This document shows, in pieces, positions 49,601 through 62,525 of a DNA stretch of 64,000 bases. A model generated the notes under the pieces. It worked only from the letters and a program-made list of their open reading frames with translations. It ran no database searches and had not been told where the DNA came from. The position numbers and the translations under genes were made by a program. The first letter of the stretch is position 1. The number at the start of each line of letters is the position of its first letter. The DNA comes from Takakia lepidozioides (lineage: Eukaryota > Plantae > Bryophyta): the NCBI GenBank assembly GCA_030704615.1, contig CM060732.1:39990001-40054000 (forward strand), read 5' to 3'.

Positions 49601-52600
49601 TACAAGAAGGGTGACAGAGAAGAATCGGAGAACTACCGTGGCATCACGCTCCTCAATGCTGTTGGCAAGACATTCTGCAGAGTTATACGTATTCGTCTCG
49701 AGGTTGACCTGGAGTCTAGAGGTTGTTTCCACGAAGGCCAAGCTGGCTTTCGGCAAAGCTGTGTGGATCATATCTTCACTCTAAGCCAGATTATTCAGGG
49801 AAGGAAAAAAGAAGGGAAACCCACTTATGTTTTCTTCCTGGATGTCAAAAAGGCTTATGACACAGTGTGGAGAGATGGCCTATGGTTCCGCCTCTGGTCT
49901 TGTGGGATCAAGGGAAAGATGTGGAGAGTTGGCCACAACTTGTATGCTCACACCAAAAGCTGTGTCACTGTTAACGGACAGAAGTCCAACTTCTTTGACA
50001 TAGACCAAGGTGTAGCTCAAGGATGTACTCTCTCCCCTCTGCTCTTCAATGTTTTCATCAATCAACTCCTCGAGGATGTGGAAAGTGAAGGATTTGGGTT
50101 AAGGGTGGGTGATACCACAATACCAGCCCTTATGTTTGCGGATGACTTCGCAGGCATAGGGGAGACTCCAACCAATCTCCAGGAGTTGATTGATTGCGCG
50201 AAGAGATACTTTGATCTTTGGGGGCTAGAGGCTAATGTCAGCAAATGTGCAGTGGTAGCATTCAACGACAGAGGAGAGGGAGGAAGTGATCTTAAGTGGC
50301 AGTGGGGTAGCCAAGAGATCCCGGTCCTCCCCTCCTACACTTACCTGGGCGTTGAGTTTTCCTCCAATTGTAATTGGGATGCACATATCCGGAAAGTTGT
50401 TCAAACTGGCAAGGCCAAAGCTCTGGGGCTCACTAAATTTTTCCACTGCAGAGGGGTCAACTCTGAGGTTAAGAAAACCATGCTTTGTCGCGTTATTAGA
50501 CCTGCCTTGGAGTACGGATCTGCTATATGGGTTGATAACTCCAACCAGGCTAAGTCTCTAGAATCCATTCAAGTGGGGGTGCTTAAGGAGTGTATGTCAG
50601 CATGCTCCAAAACAGCCAATGTGGCTGTTCGGGGTGAGTTTGGCATTCCATCCTTAAGCTCCCGACGAGATGAATTCAAGGTCAGATGGTGGGGTCAGCT
50701 GCAACATATGCCCAACACCAGATATCCTAAGTTAATCGACCCTATATCTTGGAAACAGGACCGCCCTGTCAAACAGGCTAAGTCCTGGCAGAAGAGAGTA
50801 GGAAAGATTCTCAAGGACCTGGACCTGGATCCGCAAGTCTTGACCCTGCTGGTTAAATCTGACTTAGAGGCTGTAGTGTCTGAAGCCATGTCTGTTGCCA
50901 TGAGATTGTCTGATGAAAATGAAATTAGGCAGAGAACTTCCCTGAACTTGTTTCCAGTCAGTGACATGGGGGTGGACATCTTGGATGACCTCAAGGGTCT
51001 ACCCACTCTCGGCACTAGACTGAAATTTAAACTCAGGGCAGGAAGCCTACCTTTGAACAGCAAACAGAAGGAGAGAGGAAAGGGAGAGTGCAATTGTCCG
51101 TTGTGTGGGCAATCTGAAGACAGTATTCATTTTCTGATACACTGTCCGGGGTTCTCTCACCAAAGAGACGCTCTCTTCAATTCTATCAAGGAAATTGTGC
51201 CTGTACCCCTGTTTACCAACTTTGAAAGTCTTGAGGCCGAGCCAAAAGCCCAGGCCCTCCTGAGGCCTAGTTTTTGGGCAAATCACACACAGCAGATTGA
51301 TGCTTGTGTGAAGGGATTTCTAGAGGATATGTGGAAAACCCGGATTAATTCTTTATATGAAGGTAAGTCTTACTACCAACGTCAGCCCCTGACAGAGGTA
51401 GGTTCTGTTCCTTTTGTTCCCGCTCAAACTGGGCGCGGGGTCGATGGCCACAAGGCTACGGCAAACAACGTCTTATGAGTACAATCTGACTCTCTTTTGG
51501 GGTCTAGCTATTGGGCAAATCACACACATCAGATTGATGCTTGTGTGAAGGGATTTCTGGAGGATATCTGAAAATCTCAGATCAACTGTTTATTCCAAGG
51601 TAAATCATACTACTGGTGTCAGCCCCTGACAAAGGTAGTTTCTGTCCCTTTATGTTCCGTTCAAACTGGGCGCGGGGTCAATGGCCACAAGGCTACGGCA
51701 AACAATGTCTTATGAGTACAATCTCTGACTCCTAGAGTCTGCATTTTGATTGTTGTTGCGCAGTATTATGTCATTTATGAGTCTGATGATATGCAAAATG
51801 ATTTGGCTGTGATCAATACTGCTGTAGGGAAACACAAGAGGAATTTATTGTGGAGGTGGATTTGCTAGTACAAAAACTTTTGGGACTGCTCTCGGAGAGC
51901 CTTGGATTGAGGCCTTCTTCTCTTGAAGATTCACTCGGTGACTACCTGCAAAGCCTCGTGGTGAACTACTATCCTGAGTGTCCTCAGCCAGATCTGGTTA
52001 TGGGACTTCAAAAGCATTCAGACTTTGGTGGACTTACCCTACTTTTACAGGACGGGACCCCTGGTCTGCAAGTGCATAAGGCCGGAGAGTGGATCACTAT
52101 AGAGCCCATCGAAGATGCGTTCGTCGTCAACCTGGGTGATCAAATAGAGGTATGATCTAATGACTCCCCATATCCTCTCTCTTGTCCTTGCTGCGGACCA
52201 TCAAGAACATAGTCCCTGCACCTCTGATCACCAACTTTCAAAATCTCGAGGCTGAGCCTTGAGATGAGCTGAGTCTTATGACTACTCTCTTTTCCTTGCT
52301 GCCTCATGGAATCTGGGTGGCCAACAGCCTACTCCACCAGCTTCCACAGACCAGTCACAGTCAAGTTGTTGTTTGAGACCAGCTAGAGTCAAAGGCAAAC
52401 TGGCAAAATAGAGTGGTTGTCTTGACAAAGGTATGACAGCTCCATGGAGGGATGATGATCCAGTTCGAATTGATTATGACCACTGGGTTACAGGATGATG
52501 CATGTGTAGGCATTGTTTTAATCTTCAGAACTCTCTCTCTCTCCCTTGAGCAATAGTCGCTCTTGGGCTGGTTGTGGCCCTTCTCTCTCTTTCTTGTTTC

Positions 52601-53687
52601 TTGCTTCCTCTTGTCCCATAAGCTCTTTGAGCGTTCTGCGGATGTTATAGAGTAGCATTTCACTCTCTCTGGTGTTTTATTTATTTCTTTCATATAGCTT
52701 TGTGGGCTGAGACCCCACAACTGGTTCTGGAGGGTTAATCTTCTGTGTAGACTAGGCTTTGAAGGGTAGTTTGAGAGGAAGAGACGCAAGCGTAACTTAT
52801 GGTGTCACCTCACCTCGAAGGGGTGCTGCCTTCCGCTTTGGAATGTGGACACCGTCTAATGGCCGTAACTGGGGCAACGTGGTTGCCCAAGCCTCCCCCA
52901 GGACTCGAAAGTCTTCTGTTACCCACATGTTAAGTAACAGGTTGACCCAGTTACCCCCCTTATTATAGCTGGGTTGGCTATAATGGGTGACATCCAACAT
53001 ACACCTTCAATCCATGACTACTTGTAAAGCGGCCTTGTGCCCTAACCATTTGGCCATCTTTTGGATGCTAGGTAGTTTCACACATGTGGTGGAATTGGGA
53101 TTACAGCAACTGTACTGGAATTTAAAATCACTTCGTAGGAAACTGATGTAAGTCAGTAAATACATCAGACACAGCTCCCTGTAACTAGCATCCCAGCATG
53201 AGTGCCATGAAAATTTCTGGCTGTTTCCATACTCTCGTTCGTTGAACCATCATAATATGCTGCTGGGGAGGGTTGATATTCAGTGAGTGCCTTGCAAGCA
53301 AGGGTATGTGATAGCCAAATGTCCGCAGGAATATGGTCTCTCTGTCCCTCAAAAGAGACACAGTGAATGTAGTCACTCAGTCACTCCCATCACTGTGGAC
53401 AGTTTAATGTGTTCATTAATCCTCCTTTGGTGTGTCAGATTTTGACCAATGGGAGGTACCCAAGTGTGGAACACCGCGCATATGTGAACAGCTCAAAGCC
53501 CCGGATATCAATTGTTGCCTTCACCAACCCTGCACACGATGCTATCACAGCCCCCATCACTGAGCTGATTGATGACGCCCACCCTGCCTTGTACAAAGCC
53601 TGTACATTTGCAGAATACAGAAGATCTTGCTTTGCCCGCGGATGTGAGGGGAAAGCCCAACTCCAATCATTAAAAATCTCCACATGA
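46632..53687 (+). CDS. 2-oxoglutarate/Fe(II)-dependent dioxygenase, copy 2; exons 46632-47128, 51828-52149, 53439-53687 (intron 1 about 4.7 kb)
   Basis: Same intact motifs and splice sites as copy 1; about 10 amino-acid differences. Confidence 0.92.
47786..51484 (+). mobile_element. Near full-length non-LTR retrotransposon (RTE/RTEX-like): APE endonuclease, RT and C-terminal CCHC finger; two frameshifts (~48352, ~49390)
   Basis: APE: ATFNFSG, QETW, GDFNARVG, DYII, SDH. RT: NYRGITLL, QAGFR, FLDVKKAYDTVWR, GVAQGCTLSPLLF, FADD, YLG. CPLC...HFLIHC. TCTGACTCTCT flanks both ends. Confidence 0.93.
51491..51731 (+). mobile_element. Old 5'-truncated LINE 3' end (duplicate of 42231-42470)
   Basis: Directly follows the long LINE and is nearly identical to the unit-1 fragment. 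Confidence 0.9.
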
Positions 53688-56605
53688 TTCTAGAGCTGGG
53701 GATCCATCTCCTCCCGCTCTTAGATGTTTGTGTGTATCGCACACCCTTGGTCTGATGTCATGATTTATGTATCTGTATGCCTTTCGTCCTATTGAGGTGA
53801 TATATAACAGTGGGAAATAAATGATTTGATAGTGGGAAATAGTTGCTAAGTGCCTTCAATCTGTATAAACGATGACTTTTCTCTATGCTATCAAAAGTTG
53901 GCTCTTGTCAAGAGAGTTGTAAAGAACTGCCCTCACCAGTATAGTGTCCTGGTGCCTCATTATAGAGCTACAGCAAATGTTTCACCAAGAATGCACGAAT
54001 CTGTAGAGGTTATGTGTGAGAAAGAAATAAAGGAACTTTGGCACTACATAGAGAGAGAGACAATGTACTCATAAGATGTCGTTTGGCGTAGCCTTGTGGC
54101 CATCATAGAGAGAGAGAGAGAGAGAGAGGAATGAACTCAAATGAAATGGTACTTTATAACGCCGGCGGAAAGCTCAAAGAGCTTATGGGACAAAATGGAA
54201 AAAAACATGAGGAAACAAAACCGGAGCCAAAAATCAGCTCAAAAGCAACTACTGCTGAAGGGATTGTCTAAGGGTCAAGGAGAGAGAGAGAGAGAGTGAG
54301 AATTAGTTTTGTGTTGCACAATTGGAATGTTGAGAAGCTGCATCATCATTGCATGATGTGGACGCACGTGCTGTGTAAGTTCTGCTACCACCATAGCTGG
54401 ACAAAGATGTAACAAACTAACAGGGTGTACAGGGAGGCTGCAGTGTCATACACCCTTGTTGTGACTGCACCCTTGAACCTCCCAGCCTCTTGTTCTGCAT
54501 TAGCTTCCAGCACACACAACCTCACCATGATGCACCTGTTGAGCCATTTCATTATCTGACTTGGATCAAGTGACAGAAGTACCATGACTGCAACATCATC
54601 GTGAACAGAATGAGAGCGAGAGACACAATGACAACCTGCCTACATGCCACTCTGTAAATTTGAACACGTTTATCTCAAGAGAAAGATCGCATGTAAAAGG
54701 GACATTTGAGAAAATGTGGTTGACAATGAGGTTTTCACGAGCAGGAGGATCAATTGCGTTGATGCGAGCTCATCATCATTGCACATGGACCGAAACAAGA
54801 GCATGAACTCGAACATTCCATCGATAGAAACACTCTCGAGACTACGTGAGAGAGAAAGAACAAAGGGGTAGCTAGTCTGGGAGGGGCCTAGTAAGTCCAT
54901 TTGACGAAGCCTTCAGATGGAAGTAGACCAAAGTACAGTACCACCGTGGGCGACCGAGGACAGTGAGCGTAGATGACTTCCACAGAGGCCTACAGAGTAC
55001 CTATTTACGCAATTCATAGCTACTTGCAGTTGAAGAGAAATATCAGACCTAAGCGCTTGTGCAAGAAGCTACAGATCTTATACATACTTCTTGTCGATGT
55101 AACTTCAATGCCGAGATCAACCTGCTGCACGAGCATCTATCTGAATACAAGATCCAATCCGTATGGACGTCGTTCTTACTTCATTCCAGACTCTCCCTCT
55201 CTATTGAACGAAGTTGGGTGATTGTCGTTCATCTCTCTTACTCAAATGGGTTCGTTTGTAATCCACCGGCTGCTGCCACGCTTGACTCGTCGACCAACTT
55301 CCGGCACTCTCCCATTTGTTGCGCATGACTATAGCCAGCAGTGCCGGAATCCACACTTGCAGTCATTGAGGTTTTCCAGCACGGCAGAGGACAGCTGCGA
55401 GGGATCCTGGGCCAGACCTTCATCATGGCTGCAGAGTCTGAAGGGAGTGATGGGGGAAAAAACTCCTTTGTCAGATTCTGCCCAAGTCAAGTCGGATACT
55501 GCCCAAGTTAAGTCTATAGCTCAAGAAGATCTCACACTGGAAAGTGAGTGCCAATCTCATGTGATTTCCCTTACTGTGTCCCTGGACCCTTAGTGTGAAG
55601 TCAGCAATTCCAGGTACAGTAGAAAATTTCTGGAGGTATAATTAGAAGCTTTCTGTTGACATTTAGGTCTACGTTGGAATTCCGGTCTCGAAATTCTATA
55701 CACGTTGAAAAGGTAAATGCTGACCAAGGGTAGTGAAGCGGATGGCCTGTGAAGTATATCCATCAAACCATCCGTTAGTTGTCACTAGGACTGTGTGCAG
55801 CCACTCAAACCTGCCACAATTTGGTGCCACTCTAAGTACTCTTGGAATTAGGTACTCATTGAAGCACTGTGTACAAATCCTTCCTTAACTTTGTGCAACT
55901 AAGATTTCACCCGGGCTTCGGCTGGCATCCTCCTCCTTCTTCTTCTTCTTCTTCTTCTTCATCTTGACACAGTCTTTGTCAGGTTTTAACAGCAAGACCT
56001 CCAGATGCAAACAGTTGACTAGGGCTGGCCTGCAACTCAGCAAAGTGAAGTTGGGCATATGGTATGAATCTGTGGCATTATGGCTTCTTTACCGAGCTTA
56101 TGCCAGGTCATTATGCCTTTTCCTACAAATGATACTCTGATCAGTTCACAATGAGTGACAGCCGTGCCAGGTGATAGAACACTGTTGGACCATCACCAGT
56201 GGGATTGCTCCTCAATGTCTGCTGATTTACAGCATGATCTATATCTGTTTTATTACTAACACTTTTTTTTCGTCATCTAGCACGAAATGTCGACAGAACT
56301 ATATACCATAGATGGAATTCCCAGAATCATGCAAACATAATGTGAGCTAAGACATTTTGTGTGTGGGAAGTGCAGCCACATTGCTATGCTCTCCTTCTAT
56401 GTCTTTCTTGTTCCCTTACTGCCTGGACAGAACATAGAATTTGATATTTTGGTTTCAAATGGGTAGATTTCCTAGGAGCAATGCCCACTGCATACTCACT
56501 CATGTATCATGATTTTTTCCGTACTCCATGTTCGTCAATTAGTTAAGAAGGATATTTATAGATACAAATTAATTCTGAGGAGTTGATATATACTGTGGTC
56601 TTAAC

Positions 56606-58273
56606 ATGAAGGTAAGTCATATGACATTCATGAAGTTTTCGATGAGTTTGACAGACTTTGCCGAGGAGCTGAGAAAAGCACGCCAATCTGGGAAGTTGAC
56701 AACATTTGGACATGGCCTGCCATGTGGGGGTGAAGCAACAGCCATCAAATCCTTGGAAAGGCAGGAGGAGATCCTACGAGCACTAGCACGACGCAACCCT
56801 GCGGTACGCCTGTCTTATAGCTTTCGGGCATTGAAATCAATCCCTCTTCCCTCCCCCTCTGCCATGCCTCTCTTTCTTTGGGCTATGGTATTCATTCTTG
56901 TAAAGGAGGTGAAAGGGCAAGAAGTGGAAACAGTGAAAGAAGGACTGTGAACAATTGAAGGCCGGGTTGGCAGGTGAGCTCTCCCTTTCTTCAGAAAGTA
57001 AGGAAGGGGCACTGTTCTGGGCATGGGGGTGTACCAGCAAGTAGGAACACAGCACAAGGCTGAGGTGGCAGTGGAATGTGGATGTACCGTACTTGATGTC
57101 GAGGACGTACTGGCAAAGTATGAGTGGGCAAAAGAGGCGAACAGGCGTGTGATGACGCTAAGGAAGGAAGGCAAGCCGCTGCCCAAGTCTTTGGAAGAGG
57201 TTGGCCTCTCCTGTTTCTAACAAATACTGATATTTTTGTCCTATGCGTCAACATCACTGAATTTATTCCCTGTTTGGATGTGGTCTTCTTTGGCCTACTT
57301 TTAACCATCGTCTCTCTTACAACTCACCCTTGCTGGGGAAGACCTACAATGGCTTTGATATGGTAAGGGTCCTGGAGGACCATGACAAGCCTGAAAAAGT
57401 AGTACTTTCCTTTCAGTGTAGCCCCTCCCAATTTTCTGGGATTCATGAGTCCCAATTGTGTGCTCTCTTACATTGCCATATTGGTGAACCACAACATGCT
57501 CAATCTCTTGATCCCTGCCTCAATAATCCAATGAAATAGCGTTGCTTCTTGCTCCTACTTCCTCAGGTCTTGATGCCATCAATGCCATGTGTGCTGCATT
57601 TTAATGTTGCAAGTTGGATGCTGGTGTGAAAAGGTGGAAGCGTTAATGGGGGATCGGTGGAGTTCGGCAGCATCTGTCAATCTGGCCAAAAGTGTGCAAC
57701 TGAGTCGTAATGCACCTTGCCCATGTGGCTCTGGGAAGAAATACAAGAGGCATGTTCTTTTCCACCTTGTCTGCATCATCGAACCTGTGTATGGTATGGA
57801 GCTGCAATTACCAGGACAAGCAGTCTATAAGTAGGGGTTTTTATGGCCACATGGGCAGTCCATGATTATAGCAGCTGTGTTGTTCTACTTGTGTTCTTTG
57901 GGGCCTTGGGCCTCCTGCAGACAATGAATTCCATCATTTTCTCTCTAGCTCTCTCTCCTTCGTCTGGGCATTGAAATGTTGTGGTCCATTCTTGTTTTCT
58001 CATCACTTCCATCTATATAGGTTGGTTACCTACTTGCGCCAACCTCTAGTAATGGTACTTGCCACCGTTTTCAGCACCTTCTGTTTTTGTTTCTGTTTTT
58101 GGTGTTGAGAGATGAGCTGATAGTCTTTGGCTGGATTGCTTCAACCTAGTGTCTTCACTGCAAACTTCAAACTGCTGTCAATAGTACTTCCAATTTTCAT
58201 GTACAAACACTTTCTGTCATTGTTCCCTAACTATCCAGGTATTCTTGATTGCAGATGTTGTGGGAAAAGCTGA
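56606..58273 (+). CDS. SEC-C motif protein (At3g04950-like); exons ?-56803, 57038-57199, 57634-57749, 58255-58273; 5' end uncertain
   Basis: FAEELRKAR, E.QE.ILR.L, CGCTV.DVEDVLAKYEWAKEA, EGKPLPK and NLAKS.[23 protein letters not shown]; last intron is GC-AG. Confidence 0.82.
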
Positions 58274-59830
58274 GGGTCAGAGCATCCGGAGAAGTATGCA
58301 ACTACCATCTCTGTTGGTTAGTAAGAGTTAATTACTAAAGGTTAGGTGGTCTGCTGGCACCGCATCACTGCATTATTCCCCAATACCATGTCACGGGGAC
58401 TGTGCTGCATGTAATCTTGACGTGTGACTGCCGGAGAACTCACCCCTTCAACTTTAGTGTTTTGGCCTTCCAAATAACCCACAGCATGCCGTCAATTCTA
58501 TCTGTGTATCTTTGTGCCCCCCTTCTTCACTGGAGCCAGCTGAAGGTTACACTGTATAGTGAAACAGCCAAAGGAACAACTAACTTTTCTGAAAACAGCC
58601 CATGTGGTGTTTTTTGTTTTTGTTTCCCACTTGCAGATGTTTCAAGCTCTATCCTCACTCTGAAACTTGGATCAATTCTCTTCTTCAGATGAATGTGACA
58701 GCTGCATACACACTTTCTAGAGAATATGCTGAATTTGCAGGCTGAAGGGTTGTGGACCAAACCCTGCATATGAGTGGATATCCAATGCTAGAATAGCTTG
58801 GTCTGACAGTACGGTATCTTCTCCACCCTTCTTATATGTTCATGCATGTATGGTTCTCATTCAAAGCTCTTCCCTATGCTCTGCAGCACTTCTTAGGTAC
58901 TTGAAACAAGGACTGTTTTTTCTACTCACTGTCGAATGCCACCCGGAATCCAAAAGCTGCGTTGACCGACAGCAGTAGAATAAGCCAGCCATATCTGCGT
59001 GTTCGGTGCATCTTGGCAGGGTTAGTGTTCGTGCATGGGCCCTCCTTCCCTGCCTCCTTCGTTTTGAGTTACAGTTGGTAGACAAAGGCTCGGTTCCCAC
59101 AGGCCCATTTGTCCAGCCATAAAATTCTGGAATATAATCCAATTAAGGGGAAATTGATGGCAATGGATTTGCCTTCTGAGCAGCTCTCACCCCCATACAG
59201 TCTGCCCCAGATAAATGTTACCTATGTAAACATTAAACTACTATAAATGTTAAGAAAATTTTCCTCCGTTGTGCACACTAGCAAATGTTAAGTTTTATTT
59301 TTTGTTAACAAATGTTTACTCTTCTCTTCATTGCCTTATAAATGTTAAGTGCACCACAAAGGGTACCACATATGCTCAAGCTAACTTGAGATAAGCTCCA
59401 TAAATAGAAGCTGGACATGGCATTTGTGCTGATTAGAGGACACTTCTCTGTCTCACCAAGAACCTTCGGGTGTGTGGTATTGTCGATAGATCTAATGTAG
59501 CAATGCTCATGAGTGTGATTGTTGAAAAACGTAGATAGAACAACAAAGAGGAAAGAGGATTGTATAGAAGCTCTCCACCCAACCATAGAAGCACACAACA
59601 TGAACAACCGATATGTGGTGTCACCCCCGAGCTTCTTATATAGTTCTACATAGGCTAAAAGCTAGTTAGACCTACTTTTACTATATATGTTAAGTAGTCC
59701 CATAATGAACTAGCTTGAACTTTTAAGACAAAAGCCTATCTAAATAGAGAATTATTTTTAATGTCTCTAACTTTATTTACCAGTCAAGATGTAGATTATG
59801 GAGTTGTTTTATTTTTTCCCCAACACCCAC

Positions 59831-60396
59831 TGTCGGTGAGATAATCACGTAATCTCAACCTTCCAATGTCTTTGGAGACAGTTATAGGCCTATTTACCCT
59901 AGCAAGGCCAAGCCTCGGGAGCGGCGAGCCGTGCTACATCCCATAATTCCCCCTCCTCTTAAATGCTATCAGACATAGTCTTTCGCGAGGTGGAGATAGC
60001 CAAGTGTGTAGAGCAAAAAAGAAGTGTGACGCCTCCCAAAGGAAGCCATAATATGGTGTCTCTTGACCCAAAGGGCTATTGCCTTCCATGTACCTTGGAA
60101 GTGTTTGTGGGTTCAATCCAGGTCTATGGAGTCACAAAGGTATCCACCTTTCGGTATGTGCCCATCACATTGGGCTGCAACTTGGTTGTCTTTGTAGAGC
60201 ATAACGAGCAAAAACATGAGGAATAAGAGAGCGGCGACATCTTTGGTTTCCCATAGGGAATATGAAGGTTCATTCTTATGATTAATGTGAACAATAAACT
60301 TAGTGTGTATGAAAATACTCTTTAGCTTTAACAGAAAAAAAAAACTAAAACAATATTGTAAAATATTCTTGATGACCGGCTCACCAACTACCGATA
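59831..60396. mobile_element. Possible solo LTR nested at the Copia polypurine tract
   Basis: TGTCGGT...ACCGATA termini with an imperfect CCCAC/CCCAT duplication, separating the RNase H end from the 3' LTR. Confidence 0.35.
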
Positions 60397-61844
60397 TCCC
60401 ATCAAGCACAATAAAAAGTAATGCTTGTCTTATTTGTGAGTCAATGGGAGCGTACAGCTATATCAAGTTGAAGTGAACACTTAATGTGTTTTGGCTTTGG
60501 CAGGCTCTTTGTCAAAACATCAGCCATCATGTCTGTAGGGTCGTAGACCATTTTGATTTCTTCTTTGCCTACGATCTCATGAATGTAGTGATGCTGAACC
60601 TCAATGTGCTTGGTTCTTGAATGGTATATTGGGTTCTGACCCAATGCAATCGCACTTTGATTGTCACAATGTAGAGTTGTAGGGTGTGGTTGTAGGTGTC
60701 CCAAATCTCCAAGTATCTTCCGCAACCAAACAGCTTCTTATGTTGCTTGTGTAGATGACATGTATTCAGCTTTTATTGATGAAAGAGCTGTTGAATTTTA
60801 TCGTTTGCTAGACCAAGACACCACGCCACCTGCTACAACAAAACAATGGCTTGAAGTAGATCTTCTACTATCAATCCCTCCTGCCCAATCTGCATCTGCA
60901 AATTCAATCAACTTTGGACTCTCCTTTCACTATAGACTTATGTCAGATGATTGTGATACCATTCCCACTGAGTAGGCAATGTCTAGCCTACTACAAACCA
61001 TGTAGTACATCAAACTCCCAACCGCACTGACAGGGAATAACCTTCAGATCCTCCTCTTTTTCCCTAGTTATAGGTGTCATGTCCTTTGAGACCTTTCCTG
61101 TTTGTTTATCTGCAAGTACTTTGAACTCATTGAATTTTTCTAAGACTTCGTTCGTCTGTTTCAGAAAGTTCACCACAACCCTCCTCGATAGATCATCGAT
61201 AAAGATAAAGGTTACAAAGTAACATGCTCCTCCAAAGAATTTAGTTTGCATTGGTCCGCATACATCAAAGTGTATAATCTCTAGAATGTTTGTGGCTCTC
61301 CATCCACCATCATTAAGAAACTGAGTTCTATGCTGCTTCCCTTCTATACAACCTTTATATAGATCAAGGTTGGTGACATTTTTCAAATACAGTCCTTCTG
61401 CGAAAGAAGTTGACTGTTTCAAGGTTTGTCCTTAAGGAAACCACGAAATTGTCATAGGATTTAGGTAAGGTCGCTAGCAGTACTACATGCTACTCGTTCA
61501 TCAGATATTGCAGTTCCCACAGATTTCAGCTCGTCTCTTAAGACATTGAACAAACTCAAATGTTATTTGATTGAATCCGTCTCGGTCATTTTCAGACCAT
61601 AGAACTTCTGTCATAATCATTTGTGATGTTACATCATTCGTGTAAAAAATAGCTACTAGCTTATCCCAAATCTCTTTGGAACTTTTAACGTCAACGACTA
61701 GATTCATCTGATTGTCTCTCAAGCTCATTATGACGTTAGCCCTAGCTTTCTCATCTTTTCTATCCATAAAGCTTGACCAACTGCATCATCAAGTCTTACA
61801 TGCGACCCATCAATCCTCACAGGTCTTTGTCTAGAAGAATCATT

Positions 61845-62525
61845 GAACAATTGCAGGGTACAGTGGACCAAAAGAGACATATTTTTTCTCCATGAAAGTA
61901 TATACTGATACCTCAAATTGAGGGAATTTATCCAAATATTTAATTTTAGATGATAGATATGATATATTTAACACTTTTAGTAAAATGTCACACCTCAAAT
62001 AGGCTAGAATTCTTTTATAATAAATTTTAATATTTAATTCTAAAAAATAGTTTTTTTTTAATTTCTAATAATTAGAGATTTTTGAATTTTTTCCATATAT
62101 CACTTGGCAAGTCTAGATTATGGGTTTTTACACCTTTTTAGTAATGATGATATCCCAAAAGCCTCTAAATGAGGATAAGGGAAAATAAGCCCAGTTGGCT
62201 AGTGATTAATATAAATTAGTCTATACCTCTCATTCCTTGATGTTTTTAGTCCATATAAAAGTACATTTGGGTAGCTTTAAAAAATGGCACCCCTAATGTG
62301 TTTTCTTTTTTGTTATTACTAGGTGTATACGATGTTTTTTTAGTCCATATGGTTTTTCATGTGTAACAGTGCAGTCCATAAGATTCAACTTTAAGAGTCC
62401 ATAGCTCCTTCGTAGATGATCATTTTTATAATAAAAATTTGGAGTATGTCTCTATTGTAGTTACAAATCTTAGACCATATAAATTTGTTATGTAGTTTTT
62501 GGTCCATCGTAGCCTGCAACTACCC
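61845..62525. mobile_element. AT-rich non-autonomous TIR element nested in Copia gag, 4-bp TSD CATT
   Basis: Imperfect ~35-bp TIRs (GAACAATTGCAGGGTACAGTGGACCAAAA vs reverse-complement GGGTAGTTGCAGGCTACGATGGACCAAAA); removal restores gag KFRMKM-ILLDKDL. Confidence 0.8.

Larger units (their letters stand above)
46199..55480 (+). repeat. Tandem segmental duplication, unit 2 (contains the long LINE)
   Basis: Colinear with 40837-46191. Confidence 0.95.
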
